This document shows, one piece after another, positions 10,678 through 20,841 of a DNA stretch of 64,000 nt. This DNA is from a bacterium (GTDB lineage: Bacteria; UBA8248): contig CBDBZU010000004.1 of assembly GCA_965213625.1 (NCBI GenBank), positions 4,070,369 to 4,134,368 on the forward strand, written 5' to 3'. The position numbers and the translations under genes are program-made. Numbering within the stretch: position 1 is the stretch's first letter; the number at the start of each line of letters is the position of its first letter. The notes beneath the pieces are model-generated. The model had not been told where the DNA came from. It was given only the letters and a program-made list of their open reading frames with translations, and searched no databases.

Positions 10678-11022
10678 ATGAAAAACCCGAGACCATCCGC
10701 TTTGGCCCATTGTCTGGTTCTCGCCGGACCCGCAATCGCTTTTCTCTTCACCCTCTGCGTCCTCGCGTCCGGGAGCGGCGCGAGCCTGCTGTTCGCCGCC
10801 TGGTTCTGGGCCGTGATCTGGAGTTTTCTCACGGCGCTTGCCGGCGCCCTGTGGCGGGCGTTCCAGGGGGATCGTTCCGTCTTCACCGGCTACACGCTCC
10901 CCGAAAGAGACGACGAGCACTTCGACTGGTCGACGCGGACGGGCCGTTACGTCTGGCGCCGTGATTACGAGGAAGGAGGACTTTACGAAAACGACCACTC
11001 CGGTCACGGCCCCATCACCTGA
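10678..11022 (+). CDS. Small membrane protein convergent with traG; candidate entry-exclusion protein
   Basis: GAGGAG RBS; two hydrophobic helices and a charged tail; position opposite the 3' end of traG. Confidence 0.5.
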   Translation: MKNPRPSALAHCLVLAGPAIAFLFTLCVLASGSGASLLFAAWFWAVIWSFLTALAGALWRAFQGDRSVFTGYTLPERDDEHFDWSTRTGRYVWRRDYEEGGLYENDHSGHGPIT

Positions 11023-13931
11023 TCGCCTGAAAACCCGCTCCCGCCTCCGCTTTCTTTCTTCCTTTCCCGTTCGTACACGGCTTTCCTCTCATCCCCCCCG
11101 GGCACCGCGTTCCGCGCGGTGCCGTAGAGTTTGCCCCCCAGCCAATCGCCGACGACGGGCAAGTCCTCCACGACGTGTTCCGAGAAGGGCTTCTTGGTCT
11201 CTGCGGCGATTTCAGGACGCCCCTCCCCGATTCGCTCCCCCGTCACTCCCCTGCGGGCCGCCCGGCCGGCTTCGCGGATGTCGAGTTCGGTCTCGATCTC
11301 CGCGCGTCCGCGCACGGCCCGTTCACCGGCGCCGCCCGGCATGGGCGCGCCCCTGCCACGCGCACGTTCGCGCACCGATGCCGACCCTTCTTCCCAGGCC
11401 ATCTCCGTCCCGTCCGCGTCGCGCAAGCCATCCCGCGCCCGCTCGTAATCCGCCCGATCAGGCGCAGGCTCCGGTCCCTCTTCCGCCGGGAAACGCTCGG
11501 CGATGAAGGCGGCGGCATAAGCGCGCAGCACTTCCGCGTCTTCCGTCGTCTGAGGAGATGCCAAGCGCATCGCGCCTGCGGCGCCTATCTCGCGCCCGTC
11601 CGCGCCCACCCGCGTCGTGAGCCACGCGAAGAAGGGCTGTCCGAGTTCGCTCTCTATCGATCGCGCGTTCGCGCGCACCTCGGCCGCCTGCGTGCTCCAG
11701 TTTTCCGCCTCGCGCCTGCTCACCGCCTCCTGCTCGCTGAAGCGCCGCATGCGCGTGAGATTGGCGCCCATACTCTCCTCTAGGCTCTTCATTTCGCTCT
11801 CGCCCGACGCTGTTGTGTAGCGCCTCGAGGCGTCCGCCACGCGCGACCAGAGGTCCAATAATCCGCTTTGTCCCGCGTAGTCCGTCATCCGGTTCCAGGC
11901 CTCGCGCGAGAACGTCTGTCCGCGCCAGCTCGCGGATCCGTTAGCGCCCATCCTGACAATAAAATCGAATCCGCCTCCCACCCTGGCCTCGCTCGCGAGA
12001 CTTGCGGCTTGTTCCTTCGTGATGCCGCCGGCCTGTGAGAGTTTTTCGATATGGGATTCTAGACGCTGCGCGCCCGCGTTCTCACTCTCTGTCACCCCCC
12101 GCGCGTGAGTGACTCCGCTTCTCACGTCGCGTGCGAACCGCTCGACCATGGCGACGGAATCGGTCGCTGCAGCCGTCCGCGCGGCGGCGGCCTCGGCCGA
12201 GAAGTGACGGGCCTGCTCGACGGCTTCGCCCGCCCGGGCTTCGTGGCTCACAGCCAGGGACTCGGAGAGCCTGACGCCCGCTGCCGGCACCCGGCTCGTG
12301 GCGGAACTCGCGTCCATCACGGCGGCGCCCTCCCCGGTCACGGTGAAGGCCGCGCCGCCGGGAGCGAAGCCGGTGTAGCGGCCGGAGTCCACCTGAGCGG
12401 AGGTCCTAACCTGGTGACCCTCGACCGAGGCGAAGCGGTGCGTGTCCGCGCTCGTGTTTCCCAATGAAATGTTGCCCGTGGTGCCTTCCTGGGCAGCGGA
12501 CGAGGCGGCCTCCTGTCCGACCGAGAGGACCGAAGTGGCGAGCGAGGTCGCGCGGCCGACACCGTAGGCCAGGGCCGCGGCGAGAAAGGGCACCGACATC
12601 GAGAGGTAGCCCGACATCACGGCCACATCGGCCGCCACGGCCCTGATCCCCGACTGGGCGATGAGCGATACGCCTATGTCGCCGCCCGGCATGAGGGCGG
12701 CCGCGCTCATGCGCTGCGCGGCTTCTCCCATCGCGACACGGTGCAGTATCGCGTAGAGCGGACCCCAGCTCTGCAGCCAGACGAGGCCCGAGAAGTAGGA
12801 GCGGAATATCGCGCCGCCCGCAGGGGTGAGCATCAACAGGACCGCCATCGGGAACGCCCCCACGTAGAGGCACTCGAAGACGATGCGCAGCATGGGGACC
12901 CAGGTCTCGGCCTGTCTCCCGATCGCCCGGTAGGCCGATACGGTCTGGGCCTGGGCGCGGGCCTCGGTGTAGGACCTCAGCGCAGCGGCGTTTCCGGCTT
13001 CTGCGCTCCATTGTTCGCCCGCGTCGTGCATGGCGTTCAGCACCATCTGCTGGCGAAGCGCCTCGGCCGCAGATCTCGATGCCCCGATAAGGAAGTCGTG
13101 CGCCGCCGGCAGCGCCGCCAGGAGTTCGGCCCGCGCGAGCGCCTCGCTCGCGGCCCCCGGGAAGAGCCTCATCCCGAAGACGCCCGAGGCCCTCGTGACC
13201 TCCGCCCCCCACAGCGCATCGAGGCGGGACGCGGCGGTGGCGCAGGTCACGATCGCGCGATTAAGCGTTGTTCCGCCCGTGCCCGAGGTCGCGCCCCGGC
13301 TCACGTATTCCACCATGCGCGCGGGCGAGGTGCCCGCCGAGGGAGAACCCGAGGCGGTGACGAGCGCCCAGAGGTCCGTGCTCTCACGCAGGTCATCCGC
13401 CGATATGTGCCCCAAAAGCAGGGCGTGGAACACGCACTGCCGAGCGTAGGCCCGGAGATTCCGGGCGAAGACGGCGTCGGTCACCTCCATCCGGGTCGTT
13501 GCGGCCGCGAGCCTCGCGCCGAAGATGAGCCCGTGTCGGCGGTAAGCTAAATCGTTCGGAAGGGAGAAGGCCTGTTCGGTGAGGCGCGTTAACCCGTCTC
13601 CCACCCGGCTCGTGAGCGAGGCGAAAAGAGCCAGGCCCAGCGGCACGTTCGCCACCACGGCGGGCGCAAGAGCCGGGTCCAGCCTGTCCACCACGCGCAC
13701 CGTTCCCTTCGGGACCACCAGCGCGCCCCACACGCAGACGAAGAGCAGTAGCCATTTGGCGTTGTCCTTCCACGACCCCCCGAAAGCGGTGCGGAAAAGC
13801 GCCCAGGCGAGTCCGGTGACGCCTGCGATCTGCGCCAGCGTCACGAAGGCGCCGCCTCCCGTGATCGCGGCGACCGCGTTTAAGAGGTCGACCAGGTAGG
13901 TCCCGCCGCCAAGCGTGAATATCTCGTACAT
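11004..13931 (-). CDS. traG: Mating-pair stabilisation protein TraG (F-type)
   Basis: MYEIFTLGGG..LLNAVA start, VANVPLGLA, WLQSWGPLYAILH motifs of TraG_N. Confidence 0.92.
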   Translation of the reverse strand: MYEIFTLGGGTYLVDLLNAVAAITGGGAFVTLAQIAGVTGLAWALFRTAFGGSWKDNAKWLLLFVCVWGALVVPKGTVRVVDRLDPALAPAVVANVPLGLALFASLTSRVGDGLTRLTEQAFSLPNDLAYRRHGLIFGARLAAATTRMEVTDAVFARNLRAYARQCVFHALLLGHISADDLRESTDLWALVTASGSPSAGTSPARMVEYVSRGATSGTGGTTLNRAIVTCATAASRLDALWGAEVTRASGVFGMRLFPGAASEALARAELLAALPAAHDFLIGASRSAAEALRQQMVLNAMHDAGEQWSAEAGNAAALRSYTEARAQAQTVSAYRAIGRQAETWVPMLRIVFECLYVGAFPMAVLLMLTPAGGAIFRSYFSGLVWLQSWGPLYAILHRVAMGEAAQRMSAAALMPGGDIGVSLIAQSGIRAVAADVAVMSGYLSMSVPFLAAALAYGVGRATSLATSVLSVGQEAASSAAQEGTTGNISLGNTSADTHRFASVEGHQVRTSAQVDSGRYTGFAPGGAAFTVTGEGAAVMDASSATSRVPAAGVRLSESLAVSHEARAGEAVEQARHFSAEAAAARTAAATDSVAMVERFARDVRSGVTHARGVTESENAGAQRLESHIEKLSQAGGITKEQAASLASEARVGGGFDFIVRMGANGSASWRGQTFSREAWNRMTDYAGQSGLLDLWSRVADASRRYTTASGESEMKSLEESMGANLTRMRRFSEQEAVSRREAENWSTQAAEVRANARSIESELGQPFFAWLTTRVGADGREIGAAGAMRLASPQTTEDAEVLRAYAAAFIAERFPAEEGPEPAPDRADYERARDGLRDADGTEMAWEEGSASVRERARGRGAPMPGGAGERAVRGRAEIETELDIREAGRAARRGVTGERIGEGRPEIAAETKKPFSEHVVEDLPVVGDWLGGKLYGTARNAVPGGDERKAVYERERKKESGGGSGFSGDQVMGP

Positions 13932-13941
13932 GGGGGTATCC

Positions 13942-15354
13942 CTATCTTGCGCCTGCGGCGCCGCGCGAGAAGGCGAGCGCGGCTCTGAGATCCGCCGAGA
14001 GCGCACCGCTGAGTTCGGTCTCGATGAGGCGGAGTTTTTCGACGACGGCGAGGGCGGTGTTGAAGCGTTTGAGTCCCTCGCCCCGGTGGCGCGCGAGGGC
14101 GGTGCGGTTTTGTCGAAGTCCCTCGCGCCAGCGCGCGAGACGCTCGCCGTCGGCGACGTCCATCGAGCCCGCGCGCTCCTCGATCGCGCGGTGAAGATCC
14201 GATATCCATACCTGGAGCACGTCGAGCGCCACGGCTTCGGCGAGCGCGTCCACTTCCTGCTCCACCACGGCGCCCCGGTAGGCGGCGGCCGCGTTCACGA
14301 GCCTGTAGACGGGAAGCGTCGTGAGGTTGACGAGTCCCAGGGCGTCGGGTGGAGGCGCCGTGTCCGTCCGCACCGCGTCCACCAGGCGTCTGAGCAGTTC
14401 CGCGACACGGCTCCTGAAGCCGCGCGCAGCCGGTACGGTGAGCCGCCCGAGCGTGGGATTGAGACATAGATCGGCCGTATCGCAGCGGTAGACCGGCAGG
14501 TCGCCGCCCCCCTCCATCAGCACCTCGGTCACGCGGCGATCGAGCGCGAGAGGCTCTAGGATGCGCACGCGGGGACCGGAAGGGTCGGCGTCCGTTGTGG
14601 GCGCCGTCAAGATCACGCTGCCCGATACCGACATGGCGAATTCCCCCAAATCGCGGTCCGAGGCCAGGAAGCTCGATGCCCTGACCGCGCGCCAGGCGTA
14701 GTTCACGTTGACGGGCGCCTGTTCCTTGAGGGGCCCCGTAGCCGCAGCCAGCGTCGAATTGCGTTTCCCGTCCGCGCCGCAGCCGTGGCGCGCGGCGGCG
14801 TAGTCAGAAAAAATCCCCTGCCGCGTCCCGATCGCGGCGCAGATGGCCGCGCTCGCACGGTCGTTCTTCGACCAGACGGCGCCGACGAGCGCCTGGGCCG
14901 TCTCGCAGGAGTTCAGGTTCTGGTTGTTCACCCACTGGGCGAGCGCTCTCAGCTTCGACATCGTCTCGGCGATCACGGGCGAGATGGTCTCGAGCGCGAG
15001 TTCGAAGGCGAAGCCCGCCGCGTTCTGCGCCACGGCGCGCGCGAAGGCGATCATCTGGTCGGAATCGATGAAGGAAAAAGCGCCGGCGAACGCGTCGATG
15101 CCCCCGCAGCCCGCACGGTATGAGGGAAGGCTCACCGTGGCGATCGATTCGGATCGCACGGGCGCCCTGAGATACAGGTTGCCGAGCGTCCAGTGGCCCG
15201 AAGCCTGGCCGTCGAAGGCGGTGGGCCCGGTGGTGTTCACGGCGGCGCCCCGCCAGAAATTCTCCATCTCCGACAGGACGTCCGCGCGGGAGGGGGCGGC
15301 AAAAAAGAGTGTTGCGCTCAGAATGAGCAGCATGAAAATTCGTCTAGTAGTCAC
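13942..15354 (-). CDS. traH: Conjugal pilus assembly protein TraH
   Basis: Signal peptide; LPSYRAGCGGIDAFAGAFSFI; NSCETAQALVG. Confidence 0.93.
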   Translation of the reverse strand: MTTRRIFMLLILSATLFFAAPSRADVLSEMENFWRGAAVNTTGPTAFDGQASGHWTLGNLYLRAPVRSESIATVSLPSYRAGCGGIDAFAGAFSFIDSDQMIAFARAVAQNAAGFAFELALETISPVIAETMSKLRALAQWVNNQNLNSCETAQALVGAVWSKNDRASAAICAAIGTRQGIFSDYAAARHGCGADGKRNSTLAAATGPLKEQAPVNVNYAWRAVRASSFLASDRDLGEFAMSVSGSVILTAPTTDADPSGPRVRILEPLALDRRVTEVLMEGGGDLPVYRCDTADLCLNPTLGRLTVPAARGFRSRVAELLRRLVDAVRTDTAPPPDALGLVNLTTLPVYRLVNAAAAYRGAVVEQEVDALAEAVALDVLQVWISDLHRAIEERAGSMDVADGERLARWREGLRQNRTALARHRGEGLKRFNTALAVVEKLRLIETELSGALSADLRAALAFSRGAAGAR

Positions 15355-16135
15355 TGCCGACCTCCCTTGCCGTGAGAGCGAAGATGCGCTCGGCTAGCTG
15401 GTCCTCGGCGACGACGCCGTAAGAGACTGGAAGCGCCTGACGGGTCTGCGTGTCGTAGAGGACGACGGCGGGCAGGACAGGAGCCTGTATGCCCAGCCGT
15501 GCGGCGCGGCCCTGATCTGCGACCGCCTCCGGCCAGCCCTCGAGCGCTCCTCCAGTGGTCGAGACGGCGAGGACTTCGAGTCCGTGGCGCTGCGCGAAGG
15601 CGCGAAGGAGGGGCCCGAATACGCGGCAGGCCGGACATTTTTCCGATCCCAGGTAGATGAGGCCGTAGCGCTCCCCGAGACGTGCGAGCGCCGCGTCACG
15701 CTCCGCACGGCGCTCTTTCGTCCAGAGCCTCTTTGCGAGCGCGCCGACGGGGCGCCTCAGCGTGTAGTCGATGTCGGGGTTTGCCCAGACGGCGCGCCTG
15801 AAGGCGTCCGAGAACGCGGCGGCGCTTTGCAGCGCCCTTTGCTGCAGGCGCATGTAGGCCGTTACGTTCTCAGGGGTCGGTTCCAGGATTGCCTGCGCGC
15901 GGGCGTCTTCGAGCGCCTTGCGCATCGTCTGGATGCGTTCTTGGACGCTTTCATGTTGTTCGGCAGGCGAGGCTTTCGCCGCGGGCGCTCCGTTATCAAA
16001 CTCTTCATCGCGGTCGCAATAGAAGTGCCAGCCGAGGGGAGCTTCAGCGCCGCACCAGGAGCGCCACTCCCGCGCCTGCGCAGGAAGCGCGCCGAGCGTC
16101 ATGAGCATCAAGATCAGGGTATGGATAAATATCAT
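15344..16135 (-). CDS. traF: Thioredoxin-like pilus assembly protein TraF
   Basis: GWHFYCD; AILEPTPENV; CPAC thioredoxin motif; position between traN and traH. Confidence 0.9.
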   Translation of the reverse strand: MIFIHTLILMLMTLGALPAQAREWRSWCGAEAPLGWHFYCDRDEEFDNGAPAAKASPAEQHESVQERIQTMRKALEDARAQAILEPTPENVTAYMRLQQRALQSAAAFSDAFRRAVWANPDIDYTLRRPVGALAKRLWTKERRAERDAALARLGERYGLIYLGSEKCPACRVFGPLLRAFAQRHGLEVLAVSTTGGALEGWPEAVADQGRAARLGIQAPVLPAVVLYDTQTRQALPVSYGVVAEDQLAERIFALTAREVGSDY

Positions 16136-16144
16136 GATCGTTCC

Positions 16145-17224
16145 TCACTCCTTCTTCGAGTAGAAATCACGGACCCGCTCTTGCATCGCCTCACCGGTCC
16201 CGTCCGCCTCGGGAAGCGTGATCGAGGGTTCGCTCGCCCCGTCCATGAGGTTTTCCGTGAACTCCGACAAATCCACGGCCTCGAAGTCGATCCGTTCCAT
16301 CTCCTCCACGGTGAAGCCGCGGCAACTGCCCCAGCCGATGCCGAGTTGCGACCGCGCCGCCTCCTGCAGGATGCGGCCGAGCTTGGAGCCGAAGACGCAC
16401 CAGACGCGTTCCTTGCGCACGCAGACGCCGAAGATCCGCTTCGCGCACCTGACACCGAGGTAATGGGTATTGCCCGCGTGGCGCTCCTGCGCGAGGAGGC
16501 GCTCTGACTCCGTGCAGTTGCCGAGACCGATGAGCAGCCCCGAATCCTTGCAGCAATCGGCGAGTCCGCCCCACCGTATCCGGCACGAACGCCTCTCGCC
16601 CCGGAAGAAGAGAAGATTCCCCCGGTCGAATTCATCACCGCCGAGTTCGATCGCCATGTTGAGTTTGGCCGCCGCGTCCACGAACCCGGTACCCGCCTGA
16701 GAGGACCTGGTTTCGCAGTCCGCGCCCACGCACCAGGAGACCGAGCCGCAGGCGCCGCCCGACTCGGCCTGCGTGAGTCCCGCACCGCAGTCCGAGGCAG
16801 ACCCCGACGCGAGGCCCGAAGCCTTGAAGCGCGGCGCGGAAGGATCTCCCTGCACCTCCTCCCCGCGCACGGCCACCGGGTCATCGGTTTCGATATTGAT
16901 TTTTTCGCGAGCGTTCATCCCTTCGGTCACGTACCGTCCGGCCCGCCCGCCCGGGTCGCCGGGGTCCGCGAGCGCATCGTTCGCGGCGTCTTCGAGATCG
17001 GCGGCGCCGATGTCGCGCTCTTTGAGGTTCGTTCCGGCATAACCCGGGACTTTGGACGCGGAAACCGGGTCCTTCGCCGCTGCCGCCGCCGCCGTTCGTC
17101 CCGCATCGCCCATCGCGCGGGCGGCCGCCTTGGGGTCCTCCGCGTGGGCGCCGCCGGCAACCGCGAGATGAATCAGGAAGAAAAGATACAGGGCGGTCGC
17201 CCCGATCGGTGCGTTTCGCTTCAC
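16145..17224 (-). CDS. traN: Mating-pair stabilisation protein TraN (short form)
   Basis: Cys-rich C-terminus: DCCKDSG, CVFGSKLGRILQE, CRGFTVEEMERIDF..DLSEF. Confidence 0.88.
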   Translation of the reverse strand: MKRNAPIGATALYLFFLIHLAVAGGAHAEDPKAAARAMGDAGRTAAAAAAKDPVSASKVPGYAGTNLKERDIGAADLEDAANDALADPGDPGGRAGRYVTEGMNAREKINIETDDPVAVRGEEVQGDPSAPRFKASGLASGSASDCGAGLTQAESGGACGSVSWCVGADCETRSSQAGTGFVDAAAKLNMAIELGGDEFDRGNLLFFRGERRSCRIRWGGLADCCKDSGLLIGLGNCTESERLLAQERHAGNTHYLGVRCAKRIFGVCVRKERVWCVFGSKLGRILQEAARSQLGIGWGSCRGFTVEEMERIDFEAVDLSEFTENLMDGASEPSITLPEADGTGEAMQERVRDFYSKKE

Positions 17225-17934
17225 CTGGAATCTCCTCTCAATTCTGCGAGATGACGCCGCGCCGTCCCGCGGCCCGGTCCGCCTTCTGTCGTGATGATCG
17301 AAAGCGCGGCGTCGAGGCCGATGTTTCCTTTAATACGGTCGTGGGGAGGTGACGGATCCGATGCACAGCCCCGGCTCTTACATGCGGGGACGCCGCCCGG
17401 GACGACCGCTACGGCCGGAACCGCTTTGATACCGAACAGCCGGAAAAGGCGCGGGTCGATAGCGGCGCCGGCATTTGCCGGGAGATGCTCCCCGACTAGC
17501 TTCACGGTGGCCCGGAGCCCACCCTGCGCGACGCCGCGCAGGACGAGCGGCGCGCCGATCCTCGCGGCCTCCCCGCTCCACTCCCGCCAGGCCGCTGCGG
17601 GAACAGAAAGGCTCATGAAAACGATGACTTTCGGGCCATGCGGAGGCGTTGATAGATTCTCCGCCAGACTCCCGGCGCGGCCTTCCGCCGGGAGGGGGGC
17701 GGGGGTTTCCGGGGCGTTTTTCCGCGCGCGACCGAGGGCACGCTCCAGTACCGCGCGCGACCAGGAACCGAGGTTGGCGGGTGGGAATTTTTTCGTATTC
17801 CGTAATGCCCTTTCCACCATATCCCGAGCGGTATCTTCGGACGTTTCCTGCGCGAGAGCCGGAGTATTCCACGCCGCGAGGAGAAATGCGCAAACAAGCG
17901 CCATGACAGTCATATCGATCACTTTGCAGCCCAT
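17221..17934 (-). CDS. trbC: F-type pilin assembly protein TrbC
   Basis: VFMSLSVP, LVLRGV, IDPRLFRLFGIKAVPAV, DRIKGNIGLDAAL; start uncertain (listed ORF is over-extended). Confidence 0.85.
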   Translation of the reverse strand: MGCKVIDMTVMALVCAFLLAAWNTPALAQETSEDTARDMVERALRNTKKFPPANLGSWSRAVLERALGRARKNAPETPAPLPAEGRAGSLAENLSTPPHGPKVIVFMSLSVPAAAWREWSGEAARIGAPLVLRGVAQGGLRATVKLVGEHLPANAGAAIDPRLFRLFGIKAVPAVAVVPGGVPACKSRGCASDPSPPHDRIKGNIGLDAALSIITTEGGPGRGTARRHLAELRGDSR

Positions 17935-17945
17935 TATGAAAATCC

Positions 17946-18947
17946 TTAGAGGAGGCAGCAGTTGCGCTTGCGCCAGAGCAGGAAGCCAAAATTTTCTCCC
18001 GCGACGGGGAGCTCGCGGAGCGTCTCCCACAGGACCGTGGAGCGGCCGGTGGGGTTGCAGCCGGTGAGAGCCGAGGTGGCGGGGACCGGCTGGGTCATCT
18101 GCCAGCGGTACTGCGATTTCTTCATGATCGGCATGGGGTAGCGGCCGCAAAGGGCGGCCGAGCCCGAGGTACCCCACGTGAGCAGGGTCCGGTGCAGGCG
18201 GAACACGAGACGTTGCGCGGCGAGGATAGACGCCTGCACGCCGCCCACGTGGGCGCCCACGTTCCCGGTCAGGGGGTACATCGCGCCCTGACAGCCCGCG
18301 CACCAGTACAAGGGATCGAGTGGGAGTCCCGCAGACGCCGCCGCGCAGTCCGCGGCGCACGCCGCCTGGGCGGGGATATCCGCGAAGAGCGCGGCTTCGG
18401 GGTTCAGGAGGAACGACAGCTCATCATCGCGCCAGGTCGGATCGAGTTCGGATATCCAGGCGATGTCGAGACCGCCGCCTTCGAGGCAGCCGAGATCGAT
18501 CAACGCTCCGATCCAGGAGAGAAGCGGATAGACGTAGTAGTGGACGTGCCAGGTGGAGCCCTGCGCACCGTCCCCGCCGGAAGTCCCCGTGCGCCCGCGT
18601 CCCGCCGGCAAACCCCCGTCGATGGTCAATCCACCGAGATTCGGAAAACACCAGGGCGCGCGGCTCGCGTCGATAAGACGCGCGGGCTCCCAGACGCCCA
18701 GCGAGAGACCGATCCGGGGGATGGGACTCCCGCAGAAGCAGATCGGGGAGCCCGGGTTGGGCGTGTCCGGCGCACCGGCGGCCGCGCCGATCCGGATCGG
18801 CCCTATCGATATCGGAAACAGGCACTCCCAGCACACGTCCGTCACGGGATTCACGAAACGGCCCGTGCACGATTGCGCCGACGCATTTCCGGCGAAAAGA
18901 ATACAGGCGAGAAAAATGACTGGAGTGAGGAAAATCAGGCGCCTCAT
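17946..18947 (-). CDS. traU: Conjugal transfer protein TraU
   Basis: NPVTDVCWECLFPISIG; WCAGCQG; FGFLLWRKRNCC. Confidence 0.95.
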   Translation of the reverse strand: MRRLIFLTPVIFLACILFAGNASAQSCTGRFVNPVTDVCWECLFPISIGPIRIGAAAGAPDTPNPGSPICFCGSPIPRIGLSLGVWEPARLIDASRAPWCFPNLGGLTIDGGLPAGRGRTGTSGGDGAQGSTWHVHYYVYPLLSWIGALIDLGCLEGGGLDIAWISELDPTWRDDELSFLLNPEAALFADIPAQAACAADCAAASAGLPLDPLYWCAGCQGAMYPLTGNVGAHVGGVQASILAAQRLVFRLHRTLLTWGTSGSAALCGRYPMPIMKKSQYRWQMTQPVPATSALTGCNPTGRSTVLWETLRELPVAGENFGFLLWRKRNCCLL

Positions 18948-19612
18948 GGGCGATCTCCTCCGCTTCCGGGGTTCCCTTCGTCTTCCAGGGGGACTTCCGT
19001 GATCCGCAGGAATGGTCCCCCGGCTTCGAGCAGCGACGGCGTGGCGGTCAGGCCGAAACGCCTCGCGAGCCGTCCTCCCTGATCGAAATAAAACTTTCGT
19101 CCGTGCGCTCTCATCAACTCCAGCGGACGGCCCGCGAGCAAAACGATCACGGAGGGTTTCCTGCGGGCAATCGCCCAGTCGACCTCGACCGGGCGCGTAC
19201 CGTCGATGAACAGGAGGTCGCGGGTCAGGGGGTGTTTTTCGAGGGGATTGATCCGCGTTCCCCGGGCCGCAATCAGCACTCCGTCTGGCGCAAAGGCGTC
19301 CCGTTCGACCTCGACCGATGGATCGAAAAGCCGGCTCCTGCGTTCACTCGCAGGCTTGATGCCGCCGACGCGGGGCGGCGCCTCTATCTGCTTGCGGGCT
19401 GTTTCCACGGCTTCGCGGCGCAAACGGGCGAGTTCACCGGAAACCTCCATTTCCTGGAGCCTGGCCTCGATCTCGCGCAAAAGGTCAGGCTCCTCGATGC
19501 GCCAGACGGCGCCGCGAACGCCCAGGTCCTTCGCGGCAGCCGTTCCCGCTGCGAGAGCGAGGGCGCAGGCGAGCGCCGCCGCGAAGAATCTCCGGGGAGG
19601 AAGCCGTCTCAT
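18944..19612 (-). CDS. traW: Conjugal transfer protein TraW
   Basis: DLGVRGAVWRIEEPD; FDPS; GTRINPL; YFDQGGRLARRFGL. Confidence 0.93.
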   Translation of the reverse strand: MRRLPPRRFFAAALACALALAAGTAAAKDLGVRGAVWRIEEPDLLREIEARLQEMEVSGELARLRREAVETARKQIEAPPRVGGIKPASERRSRLFDPSVEVERDAFAPDGVLIAARGTRINPLEKHPLTRDLLFIDGTRPVEVDWAIARRKPSVIVLLAGRPLELMRAHGRKFYFDQGGRLARRFGLTATPSLLEAGGPFLRITEVPLEDEGNPGSGGDRP

Positions 19613-20163
19613 GGCCGCGCCTCCTCAAGCTTAGCGAGGGGTCCTTCGATACCCAGCCAGGGGAGGTCGGGAAGTGGGAGCGCGCGGGCCCGGATGCGCT
19701 CGCGCGGCACGAGCCCGATCTCCCGGTACCGGCTGTCGTGGCTGTCTGTGTGATCGGCGTGGACCTAGTAGCGGCCCGGCGGGATGACGCCGGGCCCTAT
19801 CGCTTCCAGGGCGCGGCCGTTCAGCGCGCGCCGCTTGGCGATCCCGATAAATTCTCCCCTCACGAAGACGCGGCGCTCTCCGTCCACCGCCACGCTGTCT
19901 CCCGGCAGGCCGAGGACGCGCTTCATGTAGGGAATCGGGGAGCTTAAGTCTTCGGGCGGGTCGAAGAGGACGAGGTCGCCGCGCCCGGGCGCCCCCAACA
20001 TCGGCAGCGCGAAGTACCCCCACGCCCCGTCGGAGGTACTCGCGTTCACGTGGACGCGCGAGGCCGCGGCGAGCCACAGGCCCGAGAGCACGGCCATGCA
20101 GACGAGCAGCCTGAAGCCCCGGGGGTTGGTTCTGCCCTTCACGGCATCATCGGTCATCAGCAT
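19609..20163 (-). pseudogene. trhF: S26 conjugative signal peptidase (TrhF-like) interrupted by an in-frame TAG at 19765-19767
   Basis: NASTS Ser and YMKRVLGLPGD Lys; the frame continues past TAG as VHADHTDSHDSRYREIGLV... to a TGA overlapping the traW ATG. Confidence 0.8.
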
Positions 20164-20533
20164 TATTCTTCTCCCTGTTCGGTGATGTCTTGGGCGCGAG
20201 TTCCGCCATCGCCACCTCGACCTCGGTCGTCAAATCCTCCGCGCCCGCGGCGACGGCGCCCGCGGTTAGCAGCACGACGCCACGCCGCGCCGCCACTTTC
20301 GCGAGCGCCCTCTCCAGTCTTGCGCCCCACTCGCGGGCGGCGGCCAGGGCTTTTTCCGAATCCCCACCCGCGCGCAGCGACCTCGTCACGTAGTCCGCCG
20401 TGAGGCTCAAGAGACGCACGCTCGCGATACGATGTGGTTTTCCGGGGGCGAACCTCACTGTCCCGGCCGAGACGGCGGCGGCGACGCCCGCCGCGAGAAG
20501 CAGCGCGGCCGCTATGGCGGAAAACTCCTTCAT
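20147..20533 (-). CDS. trbI: TrbI-like F-type conjugation protein
   Basis: N-terminal TM; C-terminal VVLLTAGAVAAGAEDLT motif; position upstream of trhF/traW. Confidence 0.7.
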   Translation of the reverse strand: MKEFSAIAAALLLAAGVAAAVSAGTVRFAPGKPHRIASVRLLSLTADYVTRSLRAGGDSEKALAAAREWGARLERALAKVAARRGVVLLTAGAVAAGAEDLTTEVEVAMAELAPKTSPNREKNNADDR

Positions 20534-20841
20534 GGCCGATCCCCCGCGGCGCAAAGCGCATCATCCATCTCGACCCACTCCGCGGCGTCATGACGCCTGA
20601 ACCACGCCGTTCCCTCCTCGTCATGGAACATGTAGTGGAACCGGCCTGCATAGAGGCGCTCACCTGCGTCGGCCGAGAGCACGCCCGAAGCGATCGCGGC
20701 GCGGAACACGGCGTCGGCGTCCTCGTACACCCGAATGAAGCGCTCAGGCTTAGAGCGCTGCCTGCGATCAGGCTGCATCGCGCGAACCTCCCGCCCGGGG
20801 CGTCCCGTCTTCCTCTTTTGGCGTTTGTGCTTGCGTGGCAT
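20530..20841 (-). CDS. Hypothetical protein
   Basis: AGGAGG RBS; ATGA coupling to trbI; FRAAIASGVLS...FHYMFH. Confidence 0.55.
   Translation of the reverse strand: MPRKHKRQKRKTGRPGREVRAMQPDRRQRSKPERFIRVYEDADAVFRAAIASGVLSADAGERLYAGRFHYMFHDEEGTAWFRRHDAAEWVEMDDALCAAGDRP

Noticed and set aside
7268-11007. Long alternative-frame ORFs (e.g. 7268-8737, 9226-11007, 9444-10646)
   Set aside because: Shadow ORFs of GC-rich traI/traD; Arg/Pro/Gly-rich with no motifs
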